33,406 bases of DNA from an uncultured Clostridiaceae bacterium. Lineage in GTDB: Bacteria > Bacillota > Clostridia > DUPQ01. Where the stretch lies: the NCBI GenBank assembly GCA_964636935.1, contig CAZWVS010000003.1, positions 1-33,406 of the forward strand. Direction: 5' to 3'. A model generated the notes under the pieces. The model ran no database searches, was not told the DNA's origin, and was given only the letters and a program-made list of their open reading frames with translations. The position numbers were made by a program, and so were the translations under genes. Positions 1-9,050 of the stretch are shown one piece after another. Positions within the stretch are counted from its first letter, which is position 1; every line of letters begins with the position of its first letter.

Positions 1-281
1 GCCGTGCCTCTATGCTCGGCTGTTTCGCCTGTGCCCGAGTTCCGTACTTGCGGGGTGTGTCCCTGCTTCAGGATTACTGCTGAATAGCCCAGAGCTCCAA
101 TCCGTTCTTTATCGACTTTGAAATTGACTGCGAAGCGAATTCGGCTGCATCGCCGGATACGGAGTCGCCGCGGGTCGATATCTCCACACCCACCCGTGCT
201 TTTTTCGGTGACGCCACCCCCCTGCGCCGCGCCTCCGAGTTTGGCGGCCGGCCCTACGAGGAACGGCTGCAGCAAAAGCAG

Positions 282-1448
282 ATGGCTCTGAAAATAGCCG
301 AAAGCCTGGATAAATACTATGAGAGCTACCCGCAGGACGGCGGCTGCGACGAAGGCCCCGGATATTGGGGGCGCGCCGGAGCTTCATTTTTCGAAAGTCT
401 TGAAATCCTCCACGACTTCACAGGCGGGCAAATGGATTTTTACAGCGAAGAGAAGTTGCGCAACATGTGCGGCAATATTTACAAGACACACATAGCGGGC
501 CCATATTTCGTCAATTTCGCAGACGCGGGCCCCGCCCCCAAAGTCGATTATCCCCTGATATACCGTTTCGGAAAGGCCGTCGGGGATTCGAAGGCAATGG
601 ACTTCGCCTCATATCTATATGGCAAAGACACCCGAAACAGCCTTGACGGCAACTCCTGGATAGGAATGTTAAAACACCTCGGCAGGGCAAGTGTCATTAA
701 CGAACTTGCCGCGCATAGGGGAGAATACACATCGCTTGAATCCTTATATTTCGACGACATAGAGGTCGCCTGCGCCAGGACATCCCATGAAGACAAACAG
801 CTTTTCATAGCGGCAAAGGGCGGCAACAACTTTGAAAACCACAACCACAACGATGTGGGGAACTTCATAATCTACGCCGGGGGGGAACCTTTCATCATCG
901 ACGCCGGCTCGCTTGTCTATGAGGCTAAAACCTTCAGCCCGCAAAGGTATACCATATGGAACAACCGCTCGGACTGGCACAATGTGCCGGATATAAACGG
1001 GCAAAGGCAGATGAACGGCCGGGAGTACAAAGCCAAGGGCAGCCGTTTTGAGGATTCCGGCGACACCTGCCGCCTTTCAATGGATATAAGAGACGCATAT
1101 CCGGAGGAAGCCGCCGTCAAAAACTGGGAGAGGACCTTCACCGTTAACAAGGATGAAGAACGTATTGAAATCGCCGATTCATTTGAAATAGGTGAACCCG
1201 GCAGTTTCTCGCTTCATCTTGTGACCCTTCCCCGGCCCGACATATCCGACGGTTCCATAAGACTCGAGAAAGACGGCAAAACAGTAATCGTCGAATACGA
1301 CGCTTCCCTGTCCGCCTCATATGAAAAGCTTGATTCTGAAGATACAAGCATGATAGCCAACTGGGGCGGGACAATTTACAGGATAACCCTTGAGAACAAA
1401 AACAAAATGCTTAAAGGCAAATTTAAACTTGGAATAAGAATGGAGTAA
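282..1448 (+). CDS. heparinase II/III-like domain protein. It appears 5'-truncated or interrupted because the N-terminal toroid domain is not in this ORF.
   Basis: The protein carries the Hepar_II_III-type signature GGNNFENHNHNDVGNFIIYAGGEPFIIDAGS, preceded by DGGCDEGPGYWGRAG. There is no Shine-Dalgarno before ATG 282. The same frame stays open back to position 84. Confidence 0.7.
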   Translation: MALKIAESLDKYYESYPQDGGCDEGPGYWGRAGASFFESLEILHDFTGGQMDFYSEEKLRNMCGNIYKTHIAGPYFVNFADAGPAPKVDYPLIYRFGKAVGDSKAMDFASYLYGKDTRNSLDGNSWIGMLKHLGRASVINELAAHRGEYTSLESLYFDDIEVACARTSHEDKQLFIAAKGGNNFENHNHNDVGNFIIYAGGEPFIIDAGSLVYEAKTFSPQRYTIWNNRSDWHNVPDINGQRQMNGREYKAKGSRFEDSGDTCRLSMDIRDAYPEEAAVKNWERTFTVNKDEERIEIADSFEIGEPGSFSLHLVTLPRPDISDGSIRLEKDGKTVIVEYDASLSASYEKLDSEDTSMIANWGGTIYRITLENKNKMLKGKFKLGIRME

Positions 1449-1456
1449 AAGAAATT

Positions 1457-3124
1457 ATGAAAAGTCATTACAAAAAACTACTTGAACTGGCGGACAGGAC
1501 CGTGCCCGGCACGCTTAAAAGGCAGTGCACCGATGTCATGGACCCGGAATACGGGGGGTTCCCCGACATGGGGAAGGGTTTTTCCGAACCAGCCAATGTG
1601 ATTGGAACCGCAGTAAACCTGATGGTTTTCTATTACAATGAACTCTCCGAACACCACAGGGACGAACAATTGTTAAAAGCGGCCCATATCGCAATCGACT
1701 ACGGGCTTTCCAAGCAGCATAAAGACGGGACTATCGACCTTGTGGAAACAAATTTCCACTGTGCGGCCACAATCGGTTTTTCCATGCAACGCGTCATTCC
1801 CGGGTATCGTGTCATAAAAAAATACAATCAGCACACACCTGAAGAAGACGATTTCCAGGCTAAAGTATTACACTATATTGAAAAATCGGCCCAGGCCATG
1901 AAGACCGGCGGCTTCCACACCCCGAACCACAGATGGGTCATAGCCTCCGCCCTCGCCCTTTGCAGCAACGAGCTTGACAGGCCGGATCTTCTTGAAGACA
2001 TCGACCTCTATCTTAAGGAGGGAATAGATTGCAACGAATACGGGGAATGGACGGAAAGATCTGCAGGCATATATAACAAGGTCAACAACGACGGTATGAT
2101 AATAATGGCTGAGGAGCTTGGAAAATGGGAGCTTGTGGAGCACGCGGGCCGAAACCTTTACATGATGTTCACCTATCTGGATCCCGACGACAGCCTTTTC
2201 ACCATGAATTCACACAGGCAGGACATCGGTAAGCAGATGTATCCCATGAGATATTACGAAAACTATCTCATGGCCGCGCATTACCTGGATAACGGGCATT
2301 TCGCATATATGGCGGACTATCTTTTCAACATGGTCAACCCCTATCTCAAGGATCCAAGTCCCCTAAGCTGGGCACACATACCAAAATGCATCGCCCGTTA
2401 CATGCTGCAGGACTTCCTGCGGGAGGAAGAACCGGAAAAAGTCAAATACGACTGGACAGATTATGAAGTGTTTTATGAAGATTCGAATATCGCCCGCATA
2501 AGAAAAGGCGATGTAATCACCACCGTGATTGGCGACAACCCCATGTTCCTCAGGTTCCAGAACGGAAGAAACCAGGTCACCTTCAGGTATGCCGCTTCCT
2601 TTTTCGGAACAGAAGGGCGGTTCATCCCGGGCAACATTGAAAAAATCGACGGCGGTTACCGCCTGCATTACAGAAGCGACTGGGGCTATGTGAGGCCTCT
2701 GGGTAAACCCGACCGTCCCGTAAAAGACGGCCACACCAACATCGAACACAGGGAACGTGTAAACATGCAGTTCTTCGAAGTGGATATCGATGTTTTCCCT
2801 TCCGACGACGGCATCAGGCTCGAGCTTGATTCAAGGGGCGTTGAAAACCTTCCATGCAAACTCGAAATGATATTCAAGGCCGGAGGATATTTCGATTCGG
2901 CCCAGGCCCAGTTCCAGGCGGGTGAAAACCAGCATATACTTGTAAAATATGGAAGCTACAAATATGTTGACGGCCAGGACACAATTGAAGTCGACGGGGC
3001 TTTCGGAAACACCTACTACCATTCGCAGCTCAGAGGTTCCCTTCCTCCCGTGGACAAGGCTTTCACAGTTTATTTCACCGACCGCTCACCCACGAAACGC
3101 ACAATAAATATAAGCGCCCGGTAG
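1457..3124 (+). CDS. hypothetical cytoplasmic protein, possibly an alpha/alpha-toroid polysaccharide lyase/hydrolase-like protein
   Basis: This is a 555-aa ORF with GGAG about 10 nt upstream of the ATG, starting 8 nt after the stop of the preceding heparinase-like gene. It has no signal peptide. The N-terminal half contains GGFHTPNHRWVIASALALC (an Asn-His motif). A strong terminator follows. Confidence 0.45.
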   Translation: MKSHYKKLLELADRTVPGTLKRQCTDVMDPEYGGFPDMGKGFSEPANVIGTAVNLMVFYYNELSEHHRDEQLLKAAHIAIDYGLSKQHKDGTIDLVETNFHCAATIGFSMQRVIPGYRVIKKYNQHTPEEDDFQAKVLHYIEKSAQAMKTGGFHTPNHRWVIASALALCSNELDRPDLLEDIDLYLKEGIDCNEYGEWTERSAGIYNKVNNDGMIIMAEELGKWELVEHAGRNLYMMFTYLDPDDSLFTMNSHRQDIGKQMYPMRYYENYLMAAHYLDNGHFAYMADYLFNMVNPYLKDPSPLSWAHIPKCIARYMLQDFLREEEPEKVKYDWTDYEVFYEDSNIARIRKGDVITTVIGDNPMFLRFQNGRNQVTFRYAASFFGTEGRFIPGNIEKIDGGYRLHYRSDWGYVRPLGKPDRPVKDGHTNIEHRERVNMQFFEVDIDVFPSDDGIRLELDSRGVENLPCKLEMIFKAGGYFDSAQAQFQAGENQHILVKYGSYKYVDGQDTIEVDGAFGNTYYHSQLRGSLPPVDKAFTVYFTDRSPTKRTINISAR

Positions 3125-3145
3125 CCTGTAAAGAAGCATCGCAAG

Positions 3146-3173
3146 AAAAACCCCCTGACAAAGGGGGTTTTTT
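3146..3173. terminator. bidirectional rho-independent terminator
   Basis: The sequence is AAAAA-CCCCC-TGACAAA-GGGGG-TTTTTT. It lies between convergent genes ending at 3124 (+) and 3205 (-). Confidence 0.85.
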
Positions 3174-3204
3174 CACGTTTTACCACTGTTTTACCCTAAT
3201 GAAT

Positions 3205-3873
3205 TCACTTGTTTTGCGAATCCCCGAATATCACACCGTATGCTTCTTCCAGGGAGTCGACTATATGATCCGGCTCCCCTTCCTTCATCTCTTCGGAGGA
3301 AAAAGCGCTTGTTATGCCTATCGATGTCATTCCGGCGGTTTTGGCCGCCCGAAGCCCGCTGACCGCATCCTCTATCACTATGCACTCCTCCGGATCCATT
3401 CCCATTTTTTCAGCGGCTTTTAAGAATATTTCCGGATCCGGCTTGTTTTTTTTCACATCGTTTCCGGTAACAAGGGCGTCGAACAAATCCGCATCGATTC
3501 CGATGCACTTCAAATTCGCCTTAACCTTAATCATGTCCGCAGCGGAAGCCACGGCTATTTTCATTCCGTTTTCGCCGGTTTTCCTGATGACTTCCCTGGC
3601 TTCGGGAAAGACATATACCAGGTCTTCAGCCTCTTCAACATAACGTTCGTAGGCGTAATCCTTCATCTCCGTATTGTATTCGATGCCGAATTTACGGGCT
3701 ACACCTCCTATAAATGCGTCTTCGCCCATTCCCGTGAATTCCAGAAAATCACTTTTCTCCGGATGTATCCCGAATCGTTCCAAAGACTCGATAGATGTCG
3801 TTTTCATCGCATCTTCGGAATCCACCAGGACCCCGTCCATGTCGAATATGACCGCCTTTTTCCCTGATATCAT
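3205..3873 (-). CDS. HAD-superfamily hydrolase (beta-phosphoglucomutase/phosphatase-like, subfamily IA)
   Basis: It has the DxDGxL motif KAVIFDMDGVLVDSE and a distal GNDVKKNKPDPEIF...IEDAVSGLRAAKTAGM. I moved the start to ATG 3873 (MISGKK). AAGGGGG lies upstream of it, 13 nt after the upstream stop. The longer 3999 start would overlap the upstream gene. Confidence 0.85.
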   Translation of the reverse strand: MISGKKAVIFDMDGVLVDSEDAMKTTSIESLERFGIHPEKSDFLEFTGMGEDAFIGGVARKFGIEYNTEMKDYAYERYVEEAEDLVYVFPEAREVIRKTGENGMKIAVASAADMIKVKANLKCIGIDADLFDALVTGNDVKKNKPDPEIFLKAAEKMGMDPEECIVIEDAVSGLRAAKTAGMTSIGITSAFSSEEMKEGEPDHIVDSLEEAYGVIFGDSQNK

Positions 3874-3886
3874 CCGAACCCCCTTC

Positions 3887-5230
3887 TTATTCCGCATAAA
3901 ACAAATCTGTTGTGTATGAAGGGCTCGCATCCCAGAAAATCCAAGAATCGTAACCTGCGTCATATACGGCCTGTATCTGCTGCCTGAACTCTTCAGCACC
4001 GTATTCCAGCCAGTAGCCGGAGGGCAGGTATGACGCAGTGAATCCCTGCAGGAAAGGCCGCATTGTCGCCTTGTATGTCCCCATGGCTTCCATTTTTTTG
4101 GTTGCCGCCATCAATGTGTCGTAAACTACGCCGTAGGGGTCCAGGTCGGGTCTTTCATATAGGTTCCCGTTTATCTTCGATCCGATTCCGTTGCCCATTG
4201 TGGAATTGCTTGAATTGGCGTAGTGGGAGGGATAAATCATCGGCGATACGGCATCCACGTTGTTGTTGAACACCGCCATGCTCTGTCCTATGCCTCCCGC
4301 GTCATAGCTTTCTATGCATGTTATTCCGAATATGTCGGCGGAAAGTATATAATCGGAAAGCTCGGTGGCTGCGTAATTGACAAAGTTATGGACGTAGAAT
4401 TCCTTTTCTTCGGCTAAATTGCTGTAATCGATATTCTTCCCGTTGCCGGGGAACCTCACATAATCGTATTGAACTTCGTCAAACCCCTTTTCAAGAACTT
4501 CCCTTGAAATATCAACCAGGTATTCCCACACCTCCATGTTTGAAGCGTCGATCCATGTGGTGGTCCCCCCTCCCGATGACTCCCTGTAGTTGGTTCCGTC
4601 TGTTTTTTTAAGCGCCCATCCGGGGTTGTTCTCACCCATAACGTCATCCTTGAAACACACGATTCTTGCAATGGAGTATATACCGTTGGCCTTGAGCTCG
4701 TCGGTAAGCTCCTTCACATTGAACCTGCGGTTTATGGCGCCGTATTTCGCGGCGGTGCTGTTTTGAGAATCATATACAATATATCCCGAATCGTTTTTAA
4801 CGTTTATAACAAAAGTGTTGATTTCCGTATCCTTGGCAAATTGAATCCATTTGTCGAGCTGCGCCCTGCTTGCAACGTTGCCCTCCGACAGATATATTCC
4901 CTTGACCACCGGGATTTCATGGGTTTCGGGATTCCCTGGATATTGCGTGGGTATGGGTGCGGTTGTATCAGTGGGGGTCGGTGTTGGCGTTGGCGTAGGC
5001 GTAGGCGTAGGTGTAGGTGTTGGCGTTGGTGTAGGAGTCGGCGTAGGTGTAGGTGTTGAAGCAGGTGTGCTTTCAGGACTTGTCGCGGGTGTTGCCGTCG
5101 GATTTGAAGAAATGGTCGGATTTACCGACGGCGTCGCGCTGTTGTCCGGGTTTTCAGCGCTTCCCGGGCTGCATGCCACAAGGGCTGTTACAGCCAGGAT
5201 AAATACGGTTGATTTTAAAAACTTTTTCAT
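3887..5230 (-). CDS. lipoprotein with a Pro-Thr linker and a putative TIM-barrel glycoside hydrolase-like domain (DUF4015/COG1306-like)
   Basis: The signal peptide carries the lipobox LVAC (MKKFLKSTVFILAVTALVAC). A run of 14 TP repeats follows. The domain contains INVKNDSGYIVYDS and FDEVQYDYVRFP, which are typical of this family. AGGAG lies upstream of the ATG. Confidence 0.65.
   Translation of the reverse strand: MKKFLKSTVFILAVTALVACSPGSAENPDNSATPSVNPTISSNPTATPATSPESTPASTPTPTPTPTPTPTPTPTPTPTPTPTPTPTDTTAPIPTQYPGNPETHEIPVVKGIYLSEGNVASRAQLDKWIQFAKDTEINTFVINVKNDSGYIVYDSQNSTAAKYGAINRRFNVKELTDELKANGIYSIARIVCFKDDVMGENNPGWALKKTDGTNYRESSGGGTTTWIDASNMEVWEYLVDISREVLEKGFDEVQYDYVRFPGNGKNIDYSNLAEEKEFYVHNFVNYAATELSDYILSADIFGITCIESYDAGGIGQSMAVFNNNVDAVSPMIYPSHYANSSNSTMGNGIGSKINGNLYERPDLDPYGVVYDTLMAATKKMEAMGTYKATMRPFLQGFTASYLPSGYWLEYGAEEFRQQIQAVYDAGYDSWIFWDASPSYTTDLFYAE
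4970..5056 (-). repeat. imperfect hexanucleotide (ACN-CCN) tandem repeat encoding the (TP)14 linker
   Basis: The plus strand reads NGG-NGT x14 (tggcgttggcgtaggcgtaggcgtaggtgtaggtgt...), in frame with CDS 3887..5230. Confidence 0.9.
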
Positions 5231-5342
5231 TTGTGTAACTCCTGTGTTTATTGCTTATATCCTTATCATTGTATATTAAACCATTGCACATTTCCACAGT
5301 ATTTTTTATGACGAAATTTTCGTGTTTTCCCCTGTTTGTCTC

Positions 5343-6962
5343 CTAAAACAGTGCTTTGAACTTTTCCCATAGATTCTTCCAGAAGCTCTTCTCTTCAGCT
5401 TCCGGGTTCCCGTCCGCCTGCTCTTTAATTCCGATGCCTTCGACTTTGATGAAAAACTGCAGCGACCTTATTTGATTTCTCCCGTCGGTAAAGGAGATTG
5501 TCCCGGTATCTTCAGCAAACATGGCATTGATTTCACTGTTCATTCTAGATACAGCATCTGTCAATGAAAGATGGGATTCATGAATCCGGTACAAGCCGCT
5601 CTCAATCTCGCTCAGCCCTTCGACTGCCTCTGTAAACCCCTTTGCGGCGGGGTTCAATGCAGATATGAGTTCACCGGCGTTTAGTTCGAGCAGTTCATAT
5701 CCCCGGACGACCGAACCGCCCTCTTTGACCAATATCCCCATGCCGCCTGAAATTTCGTTCAGTCCGGCTGAAGCATCGCTTATACCTGTCGACAACCCGG
5801 CAAATCCGGTATTGGATTCTGAAAGATCCCCGTTCAATTGCGCAAGCGATTGTGCGGCTGCTTGAAGGCCCCTGTAAAGCTGTAAATCCTTTTCGTCGCC
5901 GTTTTGAGCAATCTCCTGTGCCATTTCCGTAATCTGGTTCAGGCTTTCACCGACCTGGCCGTAACCGTTTTCAAGTCCTGAATATCCTTCATATAGGGCT
6001 TTTGCATTTTCAGCGATTCGAGACACCCCTTCAGCCGCTCCGCTTAAACCCGAATTGATTCCGGATACGGCATTTACAAATTCCCCGAGTCCTGTCCCGT
6101 AGCCTCTTAAGCCCTTTGAAAATTCAGAAGCTCCGTCTGCCATTTCTACCAGCCCCTCTTCAAGCTCGCTCAAACCGGAGACCCCCTGAGTCATTCCGTT
6201 TTTCAGCTTCCCCAGAGCCTCGGAAACCATGACCATGCCGCCATCGACCTCGTCGAGCCCGTTTGCCAGCTCACTGAACTCACCCGGAACAAAGTCAAAG
6301 TATTCGGTCATTGTTATTGTAATCTCACCTGTTTCTAGTTTGTCAGTGTCATATTCAATATGAAATTTCGCTTCCGACAAGGGCATGACCGTCCAGGCAA
6401 GTTGGATATATTTACCCGTAACCACTTTTGCGGCGTCGGGGCAATCGATGTTGCGAGCTTTTTCCGTATCCACCTGAAGCTGTATTTGCGACATGTATTT
6501 TTCGACTATCTCCGGGTTTGCACGGGGGTTTGGTTTTATTGAAACCTCCATCCTGTACCGCCCTTTTTCCCCGGCGGCTTCTTCGGGGGATATCTCATTT
6601 CCTCCCAGATAGTGGGTTATATCGATTTCCATAGGCAGTTCCTCATCGTTCTCAACTTTGAAATATAAGTCGTTTCCCGGTTTATCCGTCTTCCACAACA
6701 AGGTCTGCCGGTCGTAGTCAAATTCTGTTCCGGGCGTCAGCTCCTTTATTTCGGCGAATTCACCGTAATAATTGAATCGGGCTTTTGCCGACTCCACACG
6801 AACTACCGTTTCCATGTTTTTTAAGGAACCCCCGGATGAGAACAATGCGTAGACCGTTTCATCCACCGCTTCCTCATCCGATGCGATCCCCGTCGCCCCG
6901 GGTATAAATGCCAACAAGGCAACTATTATCAAAACCAGTATCTTCCTACCGTAATTTTTCAT
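5343..6962 (-). CDS. secreted or membrane-anchored protein with a YhgE/Pip-like LxxG heptad-repeat stalk
   Basis: It has an N-terminal signal/anchor (KILVLIIVALLAFIPGATG). A region of about 250 aa follows, built of repeats such as GLSELEEGL, GLGEFVNAVSGINSGLSG and GLSTGISDASAGLNEISGG. No C-terminal TM bundle is present. AAGGAG lies upstream. The gene starts 3 nt after the MMPL stop. Confidence 0.55.
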   Translation of the reverse strand: MKNYGRKILVLIIVALLAFIPGATGIASDEEAVDETVYALFSSGGSLKNMETVVRVESAKARFNYYGEFAEIKELTPGTEFDYDRQTLLWKTDKPGNDLYFKVENDEELPMEIDITHYLGGNEISPEEAAGEKGRYRMEVSIKPNPRANPEIVEKYMSQIQLQVDTEKARNIDCPDAAKVVTGKYIQLAWTVMPLSEAKFHIEYDTDKLETGEITITMTEYFDFVPGEFSELANGLDEVDGGMVMVSEALGKLKNGMTQGVSGLSELEEGLVEMADGASEFSKGLRGYGTGLGEFVNAVSGINSGLSGAAEGVSRIAENAKALYEGYSGLENGYGQVGESLNQITEMAQEIAQNGDEKDLQLYRGLQAAAQSLAQLNGDLSESNTGFAGLSTGISDASAGLNEISGGMGILVKEGGSVVRGYELLELNAGELISALNPAAKGFTEAVEGLSEIESGLYRIHESHLSLTDAVSRMNSEINAMFAEDTGTISFTDGRNQIRSLQFFIKVEGIGIKEQADGNPEAEEKSFWKNLWEKFKALF

Positions 6963-6965
6963 AAC

Positions 6966-9050
6966 CTACTCCTTTTTCCCCTTTTTCTTAGGGAGTCTCC
7001 TAATTGATGAAAGCGTTAAAAACTTATCGGTAACCGCCATAAGCCCCGGCAAGACCAGCGAGACTACAAGCATGCTTATCAACGCCCCCCGGCCTATCAT
7101 CAGACAAAGTTCAGCAGCCGTCGATACGGTGCTTATGAAATATATGCTGAACGTAGCCGCCATAAGTATCCCCGCACTTGTCAATATGGACGGGAAGACA
7201 TCGGAGAGGGCGTCTTTTGCCGCAGCCATCGGAGCGACCCCTTCTTTTCTTATCTCTTCATATTTTGAGATATATAAAACCGCATAATCGATGGTCGCTC
7301 CAAGTTGTACGGCGCTGATCACTATCATTGTGAGAAAGCTTGTCGGGGTTCCCGCGAAATAATTTATCGCAAGGTTTATATATACCGCCGCCTCGATTAA
7401 AAGAACGGCCATAAGCGGTATGCCCAGGGATCTAAAAACGACTGCAACCACCAAAAACACAAGAATCATTGCGATTATTCCCGACCTTGTATTATCTCCC
7501 GCCGTTATGTCGTCAAGATCGTAGTAACTGAATATCTCCCCCGCCGCATACCATTCGTCGTAATTTTTTGAAAGCACCCCGCGTATCTGTTCAACTATCA
7601 AAAAAGCCTCAGGCGAATCGGCTTCGTCAACTTTTATCGATATGTCCATCCTCGCAAAGTTTTCACTCATATAGTATTCCTTGATATTATCCGGAATAAG
7701 GATGTCGCTCATCTGGGCGCCCGTCTCGCTGTATAGCCCCGCGACATCGTCAACGCCGTCTATTTCCTCAAGTTCGCGTTCCAGGGTGATCTGTTTCAAT
7801 GCATCGTCAACGGGGACAATTATCACACCGGGAGCATGTCCGTTGAAAACCTCGCTTATTTTGCGATATCCCGTTACAGCGACATCATTGTCGGGTAGCG
7901 CCTTATTATCCGCATAGTAGAAATCGACTTTGTTTCCCGCAAAAAATGAAAGCGCCGCAAGAACGACAACGATTGAAATGGATATCCATCTCGTTTTAAC
8001 GGCAAAAGCGGAGAATTTCTTGAATCCCAACAAAAAACTCCTGTGTTTTGTTTTTTCGATTGGGCCGTCCATTGCCGTCACCACTGCCGGAAGAAGGAAT
8101 ATAACAGTGGCAAAAGATATCAGCACTCCCTTTGCCAGCACCGCTCCCATTTCACGGCCTATGCCGAAATCCATTGATAAAAGCGCCATAAATCCCGCAG
8201 CTGTGGTAAGGGCGCTTCCGGCTATCACAGGGAAGGATTTTTTCACCGCCGACGACATGGCTTTTCCGACATCCAATTCCCTTTTCCTTTCATCGTGGAA
8301 CCTATGTAAAAGGAAAATGGCATAATCCATCGATACTGCAAGCTGCAGCACGGCGGCCGCCGACATGGTCATGTTTGATATCCCGTCCGTGAAAAACACA
8401 TTGGTTCCCAGGTTTATCACTATGGCGACACCGATCGTGCCAAGAAACATCACCGGCTCTATCCATGATTCCGTGCTAAGCAGCAATATGATCAAAATCA
8501 GGATTACCGCGACAATCATATATATCGGAAGCTCAGACATGGTCCTTTGCAAAAACGAGCGCGAGGATACCGCAGGCCCCGCCAGATAAATCTCTTCCGC
8601 GCTCAGGTTTTCTATCTCGTCTATCGCCGCATATGTGTTCAAGCTGTCGTTTCCTTCGGAAAAGAAAATACGGAAAAGCGCATATCCGTCTTTTTGGAAA
8701 CTGTCCCTGTACTGATCGGATATTGCAAATTCCGGAACGTATACGTCCGTCATGTCATCCATCCAAAGCACATTGTCAATCCCGTCTATGCTTTGAAGAC
8801 GTTCCTTTATGCTTTTGAATTCCGCCACGCCGTCACCTTTGATCATCAGCGAGGCGGTTCCGCCTATTGCGAATTCCTCCTCAAGCAGTTTTGCCGCCTG
8901 TTTGGAATTGATGTCATCGGGCAGGTATTTTGTGTTGTCCAGGTTCATCTGAACCGTCGTCATCAAAAAACCGCACACAATCACCGCCAGAACGAATACC
9001 GTTATAATGCTTTTTTTGTGCCTCACTATTGAGGCTGTAAGCTTTTCCAT
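6966..9050 (-). CDS. MMPL-family (RND superfamily) membrane transporter
   Basis: There are two 6-TM halves, each followed by the MMPL signature (SMDYAIFLLHRFHDERK and TIDYAVLYISKYEEIRKEG). I moved the start to ATG 9050 (MEKLTASIV), which has GGAGGA 6 nt upstream. Confidence 0.85.
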   Translation of the reverse strand: MEKLTASIVRHKKSIITVFVLAVIVCGFLMTTVQMNLDNTKYLPDDINSKQAAKLLEEEFAIGGTASLMIKGDGVAEFKSIKERLQSIDGIDNVLWMDDMTDVYVPEFAISDQYRDSFQKDGYALFRIFFSEGNDSLNTYAAIDEIENLSAEEIYLAGPAVSSRSFLQRTMSELPIYMIVAVILILIILLLSTESWIEPVMFLGTIGVAIVINLGTNVFFTDGISNMTMSAAAVLQLAVSMDYAIFLLHRFHDERKRELDVGKAMSSAVKKSFPVIAGSALTTAAGFMALLSMDFGIGREMGAVLAKGVLISFATVIFLLPAVVTAMDGPIEKTKHRSFLLGFKKFSAFAVKTRWISISIVVVLAALSFFAGNKVDFYYADNKALPDNDVAVTGYRKISEVFNGHAPGVIIVPVDDALKQITLERELEEIDGVDDVAGLYSETGAQMSDILIPDNIKEYYMSENFARMDISIKVDEADSPEAFLIVEQIRGVLSKNYDEWYAAGEIFSYYDLDDITAGDNTRSGIIAMILVFLVVAVVFRSLGIPLMAVLLIEAAVYINLAINYFAGTPTSFLTMIVISAVQLGATIDYAVLYISKYEEIRKEGVAPMAAAKDALSDVFPSILTSAGILMAATFSIYFISTVSTAAELCLMIGRGALISMLVVSLVLPGLMAVTDKFLTLSSIRRLPKKKGKKE

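Noticed and set aside
81-83. In-frame TGA as selenocysteine or a reassigned codon
   Set aside because: TGA clearly terminates several well-defined genes in the window (GH127, murA, rlmH, the first TolC-like gene and the SHOCT gene). I found no SECIS-like hairpin immediately downstream.
109-387. 92-aa Arg-rich minus-strand ORF
   Set aside because: It is an extremely basic, low-complexity translation of a GC-rich stretch that is better explained as the plus-strand heparinase-like frame.
3887-3999. Long form of the HAD gene (start at 3999), which overlaps the lipoprotein gene by 113 nt
   Set aside because: The internal ATG 3873 has a strong RBS and lies just downstream of the upstream stop. 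The HAD DxD motif begins 9 residues after it, and the extra 42 aa show no homology-like features.
4851-5279. 142-aa ORF with a (VG)n repeat
   Set aside because: It is the antisense reading of the (TP)14 linker of the lipoprotein gene. It runs across that gene's start codon and promoter region.
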